64,000 nucleotides of DNA. Source: a virus. Positions within the stretch are counted from its first letter, which is position 1. Each line of letters starts with the position of its first letter. Of this stretch, positions 42,664 to 53,601 are shown in pieces. Location of the stretch: the IMG/VR virus record IMGVR_UViG_3300035682_001186, positions 1 through 64,000 of that record, one strand, 5' to 3'. The notes under the pieces were generated by a model that searched no databases, was not told where the DNA came from, and saw only the letters and a list, made by a program, of their open reading frames with translations. The position numbers were made by a program, and so were the translations under genes.

Positions 42664-45600
42664 TTATTTTATCTTTCTTATTTCATCAATTTGTTTTTGT
42701 TGTTCCTTAACTGCTTCAATTAAGATAGCAATTAATGGCAAATACGAAACTGATAATCCATTTTCATTTTTTGATACCAATTCTGGTAAAATTTTAGCAA
42801 CTTCTTGAGCAATTACTCCATAAGATTTCTTACCCCATTCTTTCCAATTAAAAGAAACTCCAGTAATTTGATTCAAAATAGTTAACGGACTAACAATATT
42901 TTTAATATTTTCTTTCAATGTTCCATCGCTAGTAGAGTTGACTTCTACAGCGTTTAGTTGACCAGTACTAGGATTAAATGTTAATTTACTACTACTTACA
43001 TATATCGTAGCTAAGCTACCAGTAAAAATATTTGAAAGAGCAGGATAAAATGTATTATTATCAACAGTATCAGTAATTATTGATACCCCAGTACCAGTCG
43101 CTCCAGTTAATCCAGTAGCACCAGTTGACCCAATACTACCAACACCACCAGATAATCCAGTGGCACCTGTAGCGCCAGTAAATCCAGTTGATCCATCAAA
43201 TCCAGTAGAACCGTCAAATCCAGTAGCACCCGTACTTCCTATAAATCCAGTAGCCCCCTGTAATCCAGTAGCTCCCTGTAATCCAGTAACACCAGTAGCA
43301 CCTGTTGATCCAGTAAATCCAGTTGATCCATCAAAACCAGTAGCGCCGTCAAATCCAGTTGATCCAGTAAATCCGGTAGCTCCATCAAAACCAGTAGCAC
43401 CAGTAGATCCAATATCACCTTGAACTCCAGTGGCACCGGTAGATCCGTCTAATCCAGTAGATCCTGTGGCTCCAGTAAATCCAGTAGCACCTATGTCGCC
43501 CTGAACTCCAGTAGCACCAGTGGCTCCATCTAATCCAGTAGCACCAATATCACCCTGTAATCCAGTAGCACCAGTAGATCCGTCTAATCCGGTAGCACCT
43601 GTGGCTCCATCTAATCCAGTAGCGCCAGTGGCTCCGTCAAAACCAGTGGCACCTATATCACCCTGAACTCCAGTAGCACCAATATCACCCTGTAATCCAG
43701 TAGCACCAGTGGCTCCGTCAAATCCAGTAGCACCAATATCACCCTGTAATCCAGTAGCACCAGTGGCTCCGTCAAATCCAATTGGTCCAGTGGCCCCATC
43801 AAATCCAGTAGCACCTATGTCACCTTGAATTCCAGTAGCTCCAGTGGCTCCGTCAAATCCGGTAGCACCTATGTCTCCTTGAATTCCAGTAGCGCCAGTT
43901 GATCCATCTAATCCAGTAGCACCAGTAGCGCCATCAAATCCAGTGGCACCTATGTCGCCCTGTAATCCAGTAGCACCTGTGGCTCCGTCAAAACCAGTTG
44001 CCCCAATATCACCTTGAATTCCGGTTGCGCCAGTGGCTCCATCAAAACCAGTAGCGCCAGTGGCACCATCTAATCCAGTAGCACCAGTGGCTCCATCAAA
44101 ACCAGTAGCACCTATATCACCTTGAACTCCAGTTGCGCCAGTTGATCCATCTAGTCCCGTGGCTCCAGTAGAACCAATAAATCCAGTAGCACCTATGTCA
44201 CCTTGAACGCCAGTTGCTCCTGTGGCGCCTGTATATCCAGTAGCACCTGTATATCCAGTTGGACCCACAATAGTTCCAACATTGACCCAAAGTGTACCAT
44301 CATAAACCCATAAATTACCAGTAGCTTGATCTATAACTCCATTTCCAAGTACTGCAGATGGAAATGCAGCATTAAGTGTTGTTTGTGGATTATTAGGAGG
44401 ATCAACGTTTACATTTGGTACTGATCCTATTATGGAAACTGACGTACCTGCTACTCCAGTAGCACCAATATCACCTTGAATTCCAGTGGCACCAGTGGCA
44501 CCGTAACCAGTAGCACCTGTGGCTCCAGTTGATCCATCTAGTCCTGTTGCGCCAGTGGATCCTTCAAAACCAGTAGATCCAGTGGCTCCGCTTCCTGTAG
44601 CACCGATGAATCCAGTGGCTCCGATAAATCCAGTGGCTCCATCTAATCCAGTAGCGCCAGTAAATCCAGTAGCACCTGTACTTCCAGTGGCTCCATCTAA
44701 TCCAGTGGCACCCGTAGAACCAGTAAATCCAGTGGCTCCGTCAAATCCAGTAGCACCTGTACTACCAGTAGCACCTGTAAATCCAGTACTTCCTGTAAAT
44801 CCGGTACTTCCGGTAAATCCAGTACTTCCGGTAAATCCAGTTGATCCAGTAGCACCTGTGGCTCCAGTAGCACCTCTGAATCCAGTTGCACCAGTTGATC
44901 CAGCAGTACCACCACCTCCAGCACCCCAATATAAATTACCTAATCCGTCAGTACTGACTACTAGTCCACTAGCACCACCAGTAATAACTACATTCCCAAT
45001 ATCTCCTAAATTGGCACGAGTATATACTACCAATTGATTTGCCGTAGCAATATTACTACTAGAAATATTTGATGTAACATTACTAGAATCAATATTAGTA
45101 ATGTTTAATGTACTAGTCTCAACATCAAATATAAAATTACTACTACCATCTAATCCGCTTGGTATACTTAAATCAGTCCAACTAGTTCCATTTACACCAC
45201 TGATAATTACGCCGTCTGTTCCAACTATATAATATTCACCACTACCATATATACTATCAATTAAATTACTAGTTGTTCCAGTACTACTAGTAGACCATGA
45301 TGTTGCACCATTGTTACTAGTGATTTGAATTCCATTATCGCCAGCTGATACCAATGTAGGTATAGTTGATACAGTTGCCAACGTAATTGTATTAAGATTT
45401 TCAACAGTTCCACTAATTGATGATGTCCATGTTATACCATCAGAACTGACAATTACTGTACCATTATTTCCAGTTGCAATATAATTGTCACCATCAAATA
45501 CCACGCTATTTAAATTATCAACAACTCCACCATCTTGGATAATCCAATCTATTGCGTCTTCACTTAATAATATTGTACCAGCATTACCAACTACAACATA

Positions 45601-46167
45601 TATACCATTGTCTACATCATAAGCAATACCACGTAAATTTTCTAATACTCCAGTAGCCTGTAAAGTCCAAGTAATAGCATTTAAACTAGTTAATATTGTT
45701 CCATTTTCACCAACCGCAACATATAATCCAGTAATATCAGTATAATATACTCGTAATAAATTTTCTGTTGTTCCGCTTGTTTGTACTGTCCATGTAGTGG
45801 CAATATTACTACTTGTGATAATAGTACCATTATCTCCAACTGCAATAAATCCTAATGGTGTTGGAGTTACTGAATTTATTGGTTGATTAACTGGACTAGT
45901 TTGATTACTGTAATTTATTCCATCTGTACTGTAAAAATATCGTAATGGTGTACCAAATATTACCCATGTACCGCTATTATAAGCAATTGTATCTAGATTA
46001 TTTGTGGCCGCAAATTGAACTGCGCCTGGTGGTGGAGCCGCAGTTCCACCGGATCCTAAACTATATAGTTGAGTAAAGTTTTCATTAATCTTTTCAAACG
46101 CAAGTCTTAGAGGATCGCCATTACCATCGTTTGACGAAGCTCCAATGTTAATAATTTGTTGTGCCAT
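42664..46167 (-). CDS. Collagen-like fibre: gp9/gp10-type anchor, beta-propeller, collagen, S74 chaperone
   Basis: IINIG...[23 protein letters not shown]; AVG.NGTI.TS repeats; GAT/GFD/GDI triplets; [10 protein letters not shown]...GVIAQEV...IEAVKEQQ. Confidence 0.88.
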   Translation of the reverse strand: MAQQIINIGASSNDGNGDPLRLAFEKINENFTQLYSLGSGGTAAPPPGAVQFAATNNLDTIAYNSGTWVIFGTPLRYFYSTDGINYSNQTSPVNQPINSVTPTPLGFIAVGDNGTIITSSNIATTWTVQTSGTTENLLRVYYTDITGLYVAVGENGTILTSLNAITWTLQATGVLENLRGIAYDVDNGIYVVVGNAGTILLSEDAIDWIIQDGGVVDNLNSVVFDGDNYIATGNNGTVIVSSDGITWTSSISGTVENLNTITLATVSTIPTLVSAGDNGIQITSNNGATSWSTSSTGTTSNLIDSIYGSGEYYIVGTDGVIISGVNGTSWTDLSIPSGLDGSSNFIFDVETSTLNITNIDSSNVTSNISSSNIATANQLVVYTRANLGDIGNVVITGGASGLVVSTDGLGNLYWGAGGGGTAGSTGATGFRGATGATGATGSTGFTGSTGFTGSTGFTGSTGFTGATGSTGATGFDGATGFTGSTGATGLDGATGSTGATGFTGATGLDGATGFIGATGFIGATGSGATGSTGFEGSTGATGLDGSTGATGATGYGATGATGIQGDIGATGVAGTSVSIIGSVPNVNVDPPNNPQTTLNAAFPSAVLGNGVIDQATGNLWVYDGTLWVNVGTIVGPTGYTGATGYTGATGATGVQGDIGATGFIGSTGATGLDGSTGATGVQGDIGATGFDGATGATGLDGATGATGFDGATGATGIQGDIGATGFDGATGATGLQGDIGATGFDGATGATGLDGSTGATGIQGDIGATGFDGATGATGIQGDIGATGFDGATGPIGFDGATGATGLQGDIGATGFDGATGATGLQGDIGATGVQGDIGATGFDGATGATGLDGATGATGLDGSTGATGLQGDIGATGLDGATGATGVQGDIGATGFTGATGSTGLDGSTGATGVQGDIGSTGATGFDGATGFTGSTGFDGATGFDGSTGFTGSTGATGVTGLQGATGLQGATGFIGSTGATGFDGSTGFDGSTGFTGATGATGLSGGVGSIGSTGATGLTGATGTGVSIITDTVDNNTFYPALSNIFTGSLATIYVSSSKLTFNPSTGQLNAVEVNSTSDGTLKENIKNIVSPLTILNQITGVSFNWKEWGKKSYGVIAQEVAKILPELVSKNENGLSVSYLPLIAILIEAVKEQQKQIDEIRKIK
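43090..44910. repeat. Collagen-coding tandem repeats
   Basis: Gly-X-Y triplet-coding repeats interrupted by a short domain at ~44270-44450. Confidence 0.9.
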
Positions 46168-46256
46168 GCTTTATCCAGTTATAGTAATATTTATCGTATT
46201 ATATTTAAATTAATCGTCAAAACTAGGGTCCCATGACTTATAACATAAATATTATA

Positions 46257-46574
46257 ATGCTAAAACAACAATCTATCAGACCCATGTGTAAAGAATGTAA
46301 TAAATTACCATCAAGACCAAATGGTCGTAGTGTAAGTGGATATCAGCGATGGCATACTTTATGCAATCATTGTGCAAAATTAAAATATACCAAAAAGAAA
46401 AAAGATTCAAAGTGCAATATATGTAACTTTGAATCAATTGATAGTTGTCAATTATGTTTGATTAATGGAGAAACTATCTGCCAAAATTGTAACGCCCTCA
46501 GATTGAAAAATATCAAAAAGAGGGCGGAATTAACAGTGGATGCCACCATTGATTGGAGTAATATCAGATTGTAA
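46257..46574 (+). CDS. Zn-finger protein, paralogue of 3110-3454 lacking the HNH core
   Basis: RPMCKECNKLP, KKKDSKCNICNF, CQNC, LTVD; likely start 46257, 5 nt after CATAAATA (46244-46251). Confidence 0.7.
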   Translation: MLKQQSIRPMCKECNKLPSRPNGRSVSGYQRWHTLCNHCAKLKYTKKKKDSKCNICNFESIDSCQLCLINGETICQNCNALRLKNIKKRAELTVDATIDWSNIRL

Positions 46575-48038
46575 TTAGTCTAAATCAACAACCCAACCAC
46601 CAGTTTTAGAATCAAAATTAGCCATTAACGTATTACCAGATGCAAATGGAGATGAAACTTTCATAACCGGACGTCCATAATTATCTAATGTAATGCTACC
46701 AGCTTGAACTGTCTTCATACCTAACTGTTGACCAGTTCCACTATTGATAAAGTTAACTTCAATCTCACCATTACCATAAGTTTCATTCATTTGTTTACTT
46801 TCATATTCAGGTTTACGAATATCTTTTGTTGGATAATCAATATCATCATTACGTGACTGATGATCATCAGGATCATAATCTTGATAACCTCTACCACGAC
46901 GACCTTGTTCACCCTTACGCATTGAATGATCAGTATAACTAGAATTTCTAGCTCTAGGTGTCTTTTTATCTGTTGGTGCACCTTGTTGTATTTTTCCACC
47001 ACGTGCTAAGAAATCTTCTACATCACCTTCATTAAGACCAATATATGTCATAAACTTTCTACTATTAAAACGTGAATTATTACTTTCAAAAATCTTACAG
47101 TGACGCTTAGCTAAAATCTTACGATTATTTTCAGGTAATGTTTTGAGAATATCAGCTACTTGACGAAATTTGTTAAGTCTAACACCTTCTGCCAATGCAC
47201 CTTTCTTCAAATGAGCAATAAAAGATTTTAATGTTCCTTCTGGATTACTAGTCTTATATTTCTTGTAGTTTTTTGCAAAATTAGGATGTTTTGGATCCCA
47301 TTTATCATATCCTTCATCACTGTCACTGACAGATTTTTCACGAGTAGAAGAATTCCCTTCACCAGACTCTGACAATTTATCTTTACAATCAGCTACCATT
47401 TGTTTTAATTCGGCACGATCACAATCAGGATGCATTTTACAAATTTCTGCTACAGTTTTTCCATCTTTACACATTTTTTTAATATGTGCCATTGATGGTA
47501 ATTTTCCAGTTTTAGATTTTACTGATTCAAATTGATTGCTACGTGTATTACTATCAGATTCTTCATCGTCTACACCGTTAATATTGTCCCAGTATTCTTC
47601 TGCTTCTTCTGAGCTCAGAAAAATCGCCCCGTTGCGTCGCATCGCATTTGCAACAAAATCATCTTTCTCCATAGACATTGCTTGATTTATAAGCCAACGC
47701 TTCATAGCGCCTTCATCTAAAGTTTGTGAATTATCGTCTTCCATATTTTTATATTCAAACATGACATAATCAGCAAAAATCTTTTCTACAGTTATACCAT
47801 TTTCTCCACTAAAGAACATACCAGCTGGACCACCATCTGTAATTCCAAGTTTATCTTGAATATATGCGGCAGCGGCATCAAGTGCTTCTTCAGCTAAACT
47901 TTCTGGATCTTGATGAGTATCTTCTACATCTTCAGATACTTTCTCTTCAATACTTTCATTTAAATTAATTTTTTTACCTTGATCTACTGACTCAATTAAA
48001 TCTAGCATTGATCTCATACGTGTTTGATTGTCTAACAT
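46575..48038 (-). CDS. Putative internal head protein, multi-module, gp21-processed
   Basis: Shares N-terminus with 48083-48412; repeated (L/M/F)xE-(S/G/T) sites; own GATAAATA (48061-48068); just downstream of capsid gene. Confidence 0.65.
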   Translation of the reverse strand: MLDNQTRMRSMLDLIESVDQGKKINLNESIEEKVSEDVEDTHQDPESLAEEALDAAAAYIQDKLGITDGGPAGMFFSGENGITVEKIFADYVMFEYKNMEDDNSQTLDEGAMKRWLINQAMSMEKDDFVANAMRRNGAIFLSSEEAEEYWDNINGVDDEESDSNTRSNQFESVKSKTGKLPSMAHIKKMCKDGKTVAEICKMHPDCDRAELKQMVADCKDKLSESGEGNSSTREKSVSDSDEGYDKWDPKHPNFAKNYKKYKTSNPEGTLKSFIAHLKKGALAEGVRLNKFRQVADILKTLPENNRKILAKRHCKIFESNNSRFNSRKFMTYIGLNEGDVEDFLARGGKIQQGAPTDKKTPRARNSSYTDHSMRKGEQGRRGRGYQDYDPDDHQSRNDDIDYPTKDIRKPEYESKQMNETYGNGEIEVNFINSGTGQQLGMKTVQAGSITLDNYGRPVMKVSSPFASGNTLMANFDSKTGGWVVDLD

Positions 48039-48082
48039 GTTAGTATCCTATATTATACTGTATTTATCTTTTTTAATAATAT

Positions 48083-48412
48083 TTAAAAATCGTCATTAGG
48101 TGGTGCATCACCATTATGTTGAGCATCAACTTGATGTTCAATATACTCAACAAAAATGTCAAGTACTGTTTCAGCATTTTCGTCACGAAAATATTCATAA
48201 GCAATTTCTTCATCTTCTTCAGATACTTCTAATGCATCTTGAATGTATCTTACTGCTGCACTAAGTGCTTCTTGTGCAAGTTGACGAGGATCAGAACCAC
48301 TATCTTCAGATAATTCTTCACCAATACTTTCATTTAATTTGAGTTTTTTACCTTGATCTACTGATTCAATTAAATTTAACATTGCTCTCATACGTGTTTG
48401 ATTGTCTAACAT
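48083..48412 (-). CDS. Putative internal head protein (acidic), paralogue of N-terminal module of 46575-48038
   Basis: MLDNQTRMR.ML.LIESVDQGKK..LNESI; GATAAATA at 48435-48442. Confidence 0.65.
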   Translation of the reverse strand: MLDNQTRMRAMLNLIESVDQGKKLKLNESIGEELSEDSGSDPRQLAQEALSAAVRYIQDALEVSEEDEEIAYEYFRDENAETVLDIFVEYIEHQVDAQHNGDAPPNDDF

Positions 48413-48459
48413 AGTAGTATCCTATAATATATAATATTTATCTTGATTGATCATATTTG

Positions 48460-48488
48460 TTGACATTTAATGAATGACAGTGTATAGT
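48460..48488 (+). promoter_or_regulatory. sigma70-type promoter upstream of HNH gene
   Basis: TTGACA-17 nt-TATAGT. Confidence 0.6.
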
Positions 48489-48535
48489 TAAAGATTGAAA
48501 AGTAATATTAGTAACAGCGAAAGATAAATAAACAT

Positions 48536-49324
48536 ATGAACCAATTTAACAATACAAAATATACACGATGGTACTATGGTATCATCCAAAAACGAGCCAT
48601 TTTAGATAAAGATTCTCGTGGTGAAATACATCATATTATCCCACGTAGTATGGGTGGCAATGATTCACCTGAAAATCTTGTCAAATTAACTGGACATGAT
48701 CACGCTTGGTGTCATTGGCTCTTGACTAAAATGACTACTGGATCAGCCAAAGTATCAATGATATATGCCTTTAATATGATGGGTGTCTCTGGAGAACATA
48801 TGGAACGTCAGTCATCATATGCTATTGTCAGAGCGTATGAGAAGAACAGAATAGAGTGGAGTAAGAATCATAGTGAAACTATGAGTGAACAATTTATAAA
48901 TGGTCGAGAAATTTGGAACAAAGGTCGTAAAGAAGATCGTCCTGAAGTTTTAGCCAGAGTAAAAGAAGCGGCTCAGAATAGACCAAAATTAACAGATGAA
49001 AAATTAAAAGAAAAAGTAAGAAAGTCAGTTGACACAATGAAGAAAAATGGTACGGATAAACGATCTCAAGAAACAAGAGATAAGCAACGAGATTCTATGA
49101 TAGGGTTAGTTCGTGGGCCGATGAATGACGTTCATAAGAATAAGATTGCCATATCTTGTCGTAAGCCTAAATCAGAAGGACATGGTGACGCTGTTGCTGC
49201 GGCTAATCTAGGTGTTGTTAGTATTAATAGAAACGATGTCGAGAAAAAAGTCAAACAAGATACACTTCAATCTTGGATAGAACAAGGATGGCAACTTGGT
49301 GGTAGACCACGTAAGAAAAAATAG
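48536..49324 (+). CDS. Free-standing HNH homing endonuclease with NUMOD-like DNA-binding repeats
   Basis: EIHHIIPRSMGGNDSPENLVKLTGHDHAWCHWLL; WNKG and S.ET..K repeats; GWQLG end; opposite strand next to gp23. Confidence 0.88.
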   Translation: MNQFNNTKYTRWYYGIIQKRAILDKDSRGEIHHIIPRSMGGNDSPENLVKLTGHDHAWCHWLLTKMTTGSAKVSMIYAFNMMGVSGEHMERQSSYAIVRAYEKNRIEWSKNHSETMSEQFINGREIWNKGRKEDRPEVLARVKEAAQNRPKLTDEKLKEKVRKSVDTMKKNGTDKRSQETRDKQRDSMIGLVRGPMNDVHKNKIAISCRKPKSEGHGDAVAAANLGVVSINRNDVEKKVKQDTLQSWIEQGWQLGGRPRKKK

Positions 49325-49327
49325 ACA

Positions 49328-49357
49328 ACAAAAAACCCGCCGAAGCGGGTTTTTGTT
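49328..49357. terminator. Bidirectional intrinsic terminator (capsid gene / HNH gene)
   Basis: AAAAAACCCGC-CGAA-GCGGGTTTTT (TTCG loop on minus strand). Confidence 0.92.
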
Positions 49358-49395
49358 TTACTATATTCAAAAAGTTCTTGAATAGTGGTAAAATA

Positions 49396-50592
49396 TCACT
49401 GAAACGATATATTAGTTACCGCGATCTCACCAACGTAGTCAGCAGCATTACCAAAGCTGGATGCTGTGTTTGTCAATTCCACGTAGCCGTATCTCGTCAT
49501 AAACGAAACGACTGGTTCGAATGTTGACGGATCTAGAACAACACCACTGCTCATCAACGGAATGTATGGGCAATAGAATGCAGCTGCGTCTGTTTCTGAA
49601 GAACCCTTATAACCAACTAGAACTGGTGTTCCACTTGGAGCATATGAGTCAACGAAAACGCGCATTGCGTTGTTCAATGTACCGACTAATTTTGTATTAG
49701 TAGGTGCTTCGAATGTACCTTCTGTAGTACGGGCAAAAGCTGATGTTGTAGCAGACTGAAGAACAGTCAGCATTTCTGAAGAAACAACACACCAGTTACC
49801 AGCGCCACGACGAGTACGTTGGGCGATTAGGTTAGCAACACGGTTAATTAGAACAGCTAAAGCAGCGTGTTCGTCACCAACGTATGTAGCGGTACCAGAA
49901 ACGGTAGCTTGGTTATATGTAAACTCAGTAGCAGCCAATTGACGTAATGAAAGAAGAATTTCTTGGTCGATTTCAGCAGTAATTTCTTGTGCTAAAGCGG
50001 CCATGATTTCGGCTTCAACGTCGATACCATGCATTGATTGTGCGTCTTGTGCAGCTTCGAATGTCCAACGAGCTTGTAACTTACGGCTCTTGGCTTCGAC
50101 AGCTTGACGTAGAATCTGTACAGAGATTGCTTTTCCGCCGTTACCTTCAAGAGTAGCGGTTGGAGCTGCGGTATAACTGTTTGCTGTATTATCGCTAGAC
50201 TTTGTACGTGAATACGCTTGAGCGATCAAGAATGGTGATAGAGCTTCGTCACCAGCCACAACCGAAGTTTGAGCTGCTGAATTGTCTGTCAAGTTTTGAG
50301 CATAGCGAACACGTAGTGTATGAATCTGTCCAACTGGACCAGTCATTGGTTGAACACCAATTAACTCGTTAGCGATAACAGTAGGCATAACACGGCGAAT
50401 AACTGGAAGAATGACACGATTTAGTGTGGCAATATTACCAGCGGTTGTAGTTCCAGCATTACTTTCAGAAAGTAGTTGCTTTTTGGTGTTTTCTAAAATA
50501 ACACCCATTGATGAGCGGCGGACGCCTTTGAGACCTTCAAGGAGGGCTTCTTTGGTTTCATTCCAGCGGCTCTCTAATAGTACTTTTGACAT
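49396..50592 (-). CDS. gp23: Major capsid protein
   Basis: IGVQPMTGPVGQI, AKSRKLQARWTFEAAQD, EITAEIDQEI, IAQRTRRGAGN, FYCPYIPL, FMTRYG. Confidence 0.97.
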   Translation of the reverse strand: MSKVLLESRWNETKEALLEGLKGVRRSSMGVILENTKKQLLSESNAGTTTAGNIATLNRVILPVIRRVMPTVIANELIGVQPMTGPVGQIHTLRVRYAQNLTDNSAAQTSVVAGDEALSPFLIAQAYSRTKSSDNTANSYTAAPTATLEGNGGKAISVQILRQAVEAKSRKLQARWTFEAAQDAQSMHGIDVEAEIMAALAQEITAEIDQEILLSLRQLAATEFTYNQATVSGTATYVGDEHAALAVLINRVANLIAQRTRRGAGNWCVVSSEMLTVLQSATTSAFARTTEGTFEAPTNTKLVGTLNNAMRVFVDSYAPSGTPVLVGYKGSSETDAAAFYCPYIPLMSSGVVLDPSTFEPVVSFMTRYGYVELTNTASSFGNAADYVGEIAVTNISFQ

Positions 50593-50621
50593 TTAATTAT
50601 CTCCTGTTAATAGTATGTCGA

Positions 50622-51725
50622 TTAAAGCCCTGCCAGACGCTTGATATCAATCACGTTATCACGTTCTTGGGTCTCAACTTCTGTTTTCTTGGCAGATTTA
50701 TCACCAGTAATTGCTACACTTTCAGAGATCATTTGTTTTTTAGCAACTGGTCTTTGTTCTGTTAATGTATTCAATACTGCTGGTAGATACTTGTCGAATG
50801 CGCCTTTCAATTTTGGTGTTTGGACGCTTTCTAGTAAGTTCTTCATTACATGGGCTTTGTCTTCATTTAGTGTTCCGAGTAATTCACTCATAGTACGTTC
50901 ACGAAGGTTACTTTCTTTAATAATGCGAACTTCACGGTTTTTACTTTCTACTAAACGTTGTGATTGTTTAGCAGTTTCGATAGATTCAGCTAATTGTTGA
51001 TCTTTTTGATCTAAGATTGCTAGAAGTTTACGTGTCTCTGCTTTTTCGTTCAAGTGTGTTGAACTAAATTCAGCGGCAAATGCTTCAAACAAACGACGAC
51101 CAAATGTGTTTTCATTTGCACTTTGGATGTCTTCTTTCAATTGACTGATTTCGCCTTTTAAATGTGTACTGATTGCTGAACTAACTTTTCTTGCACTTTC
51201 AGCTACAAATTTAGCTTTAAGTGAATCAAGTTGGTGTTTAGCTTCTGCAACTAATTTGACCTTGGCTTCTACTACAGCACGTTTGTCAGTTTCAAATTCG
51301 CCAATTTCACGGGCTAGAGCATTTACTACGAATTGTTCTAGTTTACCACGGGCTTCCATTTGAACTTTACGATCATTACGTAATTCTTTGATTTCTTCGG
51401 CTAGTTTAGTAACCATAAATTCATTGAATTTTTGTACATTTTCACGTAATTTAACTTGTGCTTTGACACGATCTTCATTCATTGCTTGTCTTTCTGTTTG
51501 AAATTCTGTAATTTCACCAGTTAGACCTTCAGTAACCATCTTATCAAGGGCTTCTACCATTACGTTCTTGTCATGCTCATATTTCTGTGCGAATTCCTCT
51601 CGGAGTTCTGAACGAACTTGTTCGCGAGCTTCGTTTAATTTTACTTCCCATGCCTCATTAATGGCTTGGGCTGTATCTTCAGTAACGATTCCGCTTTCAA
51701 GTAATGGTTTGATGGCATCAAACAT
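50622..51725 (-). CDS. gp22: Prohead core scaffold protein
   Basis: Coiled-coil, Glu-rich, many LxE sites; between protease and capsid genes. Confidence 0.88.
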   Translation of the reverse strand: MFDAIKPLLESGIVTEDTAQAINEAWEVKLNEAREQVRSELREEFAQKYEHDKNVMVEALDKMVTEGLTGEITEFQTERQAMNEDRVKAQVKLRENVQKFNEFMVTKLAEEIKELRNDRKVQMEARGKLEQFVVNALAREIGEFETDKRAVVEAKVKLVAEAKHQLDSLKAKFVAESARKVSSAISTHLKGEISQLKEDIQSANENTFGRRLFEAFAAEFSSTHLNEKAETRKLLAILDQKDQQLAESIETAKQSQRLVESKNREVRIIKESNLRERTMSELLGTLNEDKAHVMKNLLESVQTPKLKGAFDKYLPAVLNTLTEQRPVAKKQMISESVAITGDKSAKKTEVETQERDNVIDIKRLAGL

Positions 51726-51737
51726 TGATATCCCCTT

Positions 51738-52379
51738 TTATAATTTCAATTCCTTGATAAGACGAACTACTTCATCTTTCAAGAATTTTTGAACTCTAGC
51801 ATCCTTGTCCAAATTTGTACCTTTTAAGTTTTCTAAAACACGATGGCCATTTTTCATGTTCATCAATGATTCATAAATTGCTTTTGGGTATGCATTTGGA
51901 GCACTGGGTTGTGCCACGATGTCCACAGTAACTATTTCAAAGTCACTGACTTTGCCTGTAGCTTCATCAACGTTACCGCTGCCTCTACTACTAACGCCGA
52001 GTTTGACTCCATTCTCCAACATGGTGGCAGCTAACTGTCCCATGGGAGTTGGAATAATTTTTAATTTACCGAAACCATTAGCGCCATCCATCCACATTTC
52101 TGTAATGATATGACTAACTCTATCTAAATTGATTTTTAAATCATCTGGGTGATCGATTTCACCCAATACTGAGTTACCGCTTCGGATTTGTTCGTTTAAG
52201 GTTACTACGGCTTGTTCAATTTCAGGAACGGGGTAAACACGCTCATTTGCGTTCTTCACCCCACCCTGGATAAAAATTCCTCTCATATAAAGAGATTTTT
52301 TATCACCTTCTTCCTTAACTGATTCGACTATGAGGTTCGCTCTGTCGAATGTTAAGTTCTCTCTAAGATACAAAGCCAT
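51738..52379 (-). CDS. gp21: Prohead protease
   Basis: GIFIQGGVKNANERVY, LGEIDHP, GVSSRGSG, DIVAQPSAPNA. Confidence 0.96.
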   Translation of the reverse strand: MALYLRENLTFDRANLIVESVKEEGDKKSLYMRGIFIQGGVKNANERVYPVPEIEQAVVTLNEQIRSGNSVLGEIDHPDDLKINLDRVSHIITEMWMDGANGFGKLKIIPTPMGQLAATMLENGVKLGVSSRGSGNVDEATGKVSDFEIVTVDIVAQPSAPNAYPKAIYESLMNMKNGHRVLENLKGTNLDKDARVQKFLKDEVVRLIKELKL

Positions 52380-52393
52380 TTATACCTTATCCT

Positions 52394-53221
52394 TTAAATT
52401 CTACGCTTGGTAGTGCGACGGCTTTCTGGAACCGCACTGCGCTCATTTGTACCACTAGCCTGTGTTTTAGTTGGCTTAGGAGCACTTTCACCTTTACCTG
52501 AACCGTTGCTAGCATCGCCACCAACTTTGTTCTTGAATGATCCAGCACCTTTAACTTCTGTTTCGCCTTTAGCGCCATAATTTGTTGGCTTCTTTGGGCT
52601 AGTAGGAACTGATTCTGAACTACCACTAAAATTAACTGGCTTTGATGCCATACCTTTTTGACCACTGTTAGCATCTACTGTACTTTTCTTTGATGAACCA
52701 TCGGCGCCGTCAGTGTGTGTTACTGAAACCTTTTTTAATTCAACGGCTTCCATAACGTCACTTTCTTGGTCGTCTTTATCATCCATTTGACTACCAAATT
52801 CTTCTTCGTCACCACCGAATTCTTGTTCAAATTCAGCCATTAATTGGTCAAGTTTGTCTTCAAGATCAACAACACGATCTTCAAGTTCTTCTTCTTCGTA
52901 TTCTTCACCTTCTTCATCACCGTCTAGTTCAACTTCATCGTCAAACTCATCTTCTTCACCATCAGTATCATAGTCGCCGTCCATTTCTTCATTATCCATG
53001 AATTCATCGTCGTCTTCCATCATTCCTTCCATTCCAATTTCTTCACTACCCATTTCATCAGAAACTTCGTCCATCATACCTGTTACTTCATCTTCACTAA
53101 TTAATGATTCATAAATATCACGAGATTTTTCAACTACAATCTCATGAAATAATTGTTCTGCTCTTTCATTGTCTTCATTGATAATAAGATCAATAAGTTT
53201 TTCAAATTTTGCTGTAGACAT
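52394..53221 (-). CDS. Acidic prohead core protein (gp67/gp68-position)
   Basis: Very acidic centre, basic tail, IxE sites; between portal and protease; GCTAAATA at 53256-53263. Confidence 0.7.
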   Translation of the reverse strand: MSTAKFEKLIDLIINEDNERAEQLFHEIVVEKSRDIYESLISEDEVTGMMDEVSDEMGSEEIGMEGMMEDDDEFMDNEEMDGDYDTDGEEDEFDDEVELDGDEEGEEYEEEELEDRVVDLEDKLDQLMAEFEQEFGGDEEEFGSQMDDKDDQESDVMEAVELKKVSVTHTDGADGSSKKSTVDANSGQKGMASKPVNFSGSSESVPTSPKKPTNYGAKGETEVKGAGSFKNKVGGDASNGSGKGESAPKPTKTQASGTNERSAVPESRRTTKRRI

Positions 53222-53328
53222 TTAAAATCTCCTTATGTAAATGGCTTTGTATTAATATTTAGCGAATAGCCAAAAAAATAGCGTAATATGTACGCATTTT
53301 ATGGGTTTTTTAAATATATAGTATAAAT

Positions 53329-53553
53329 TTACAAACCGCCGCTCTCGGCTGGTGGGGCACCATATTGTTTTCTGATGTTTTTTAAATCAATCGCTCGTTC
53401 ATAACTTTGAACTTCGTTCATTTTACGAATCTTGGATATCATACCAAGTGTTAATTTGGTTTTGCGTGACTCACCCCATTCTGGTTGAGATTTATCATCT
53501 TCAACATCTTGATATCCTTGAGGTGCATGTGAGTAAAATTCAAATAGCATCAT
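53329..53553 (-). CDS. Small head-assembly protein
   Basis: 74 aa, RKTKLTL..I.KIRK...QY; late promoter at 53575-53582; in head module. Confidence 0.65.
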   Translation of the reverse strand: MMLFEFYSHAPQGYQDVEDDKSQPEWGESRKTKLTLGMISKIRKMNEVQSYERAIDLKNIRKQYGAPPAESGGL

Positions 53554-53574
53554 GTTAATTAAAGTCCTTTATGT

Positions 53575-53596
53575 TATTTATCAAATTTGATAAATA
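53575..53596. promoter_or_regulatory. Back-to-back late promoters forming a perfect 22-bp palindrome
   Basis: TATTTATCAAATTTGATAAATA. Confidence 0.8.
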
Positions 53597-53601
53597 CTAT
53601 T

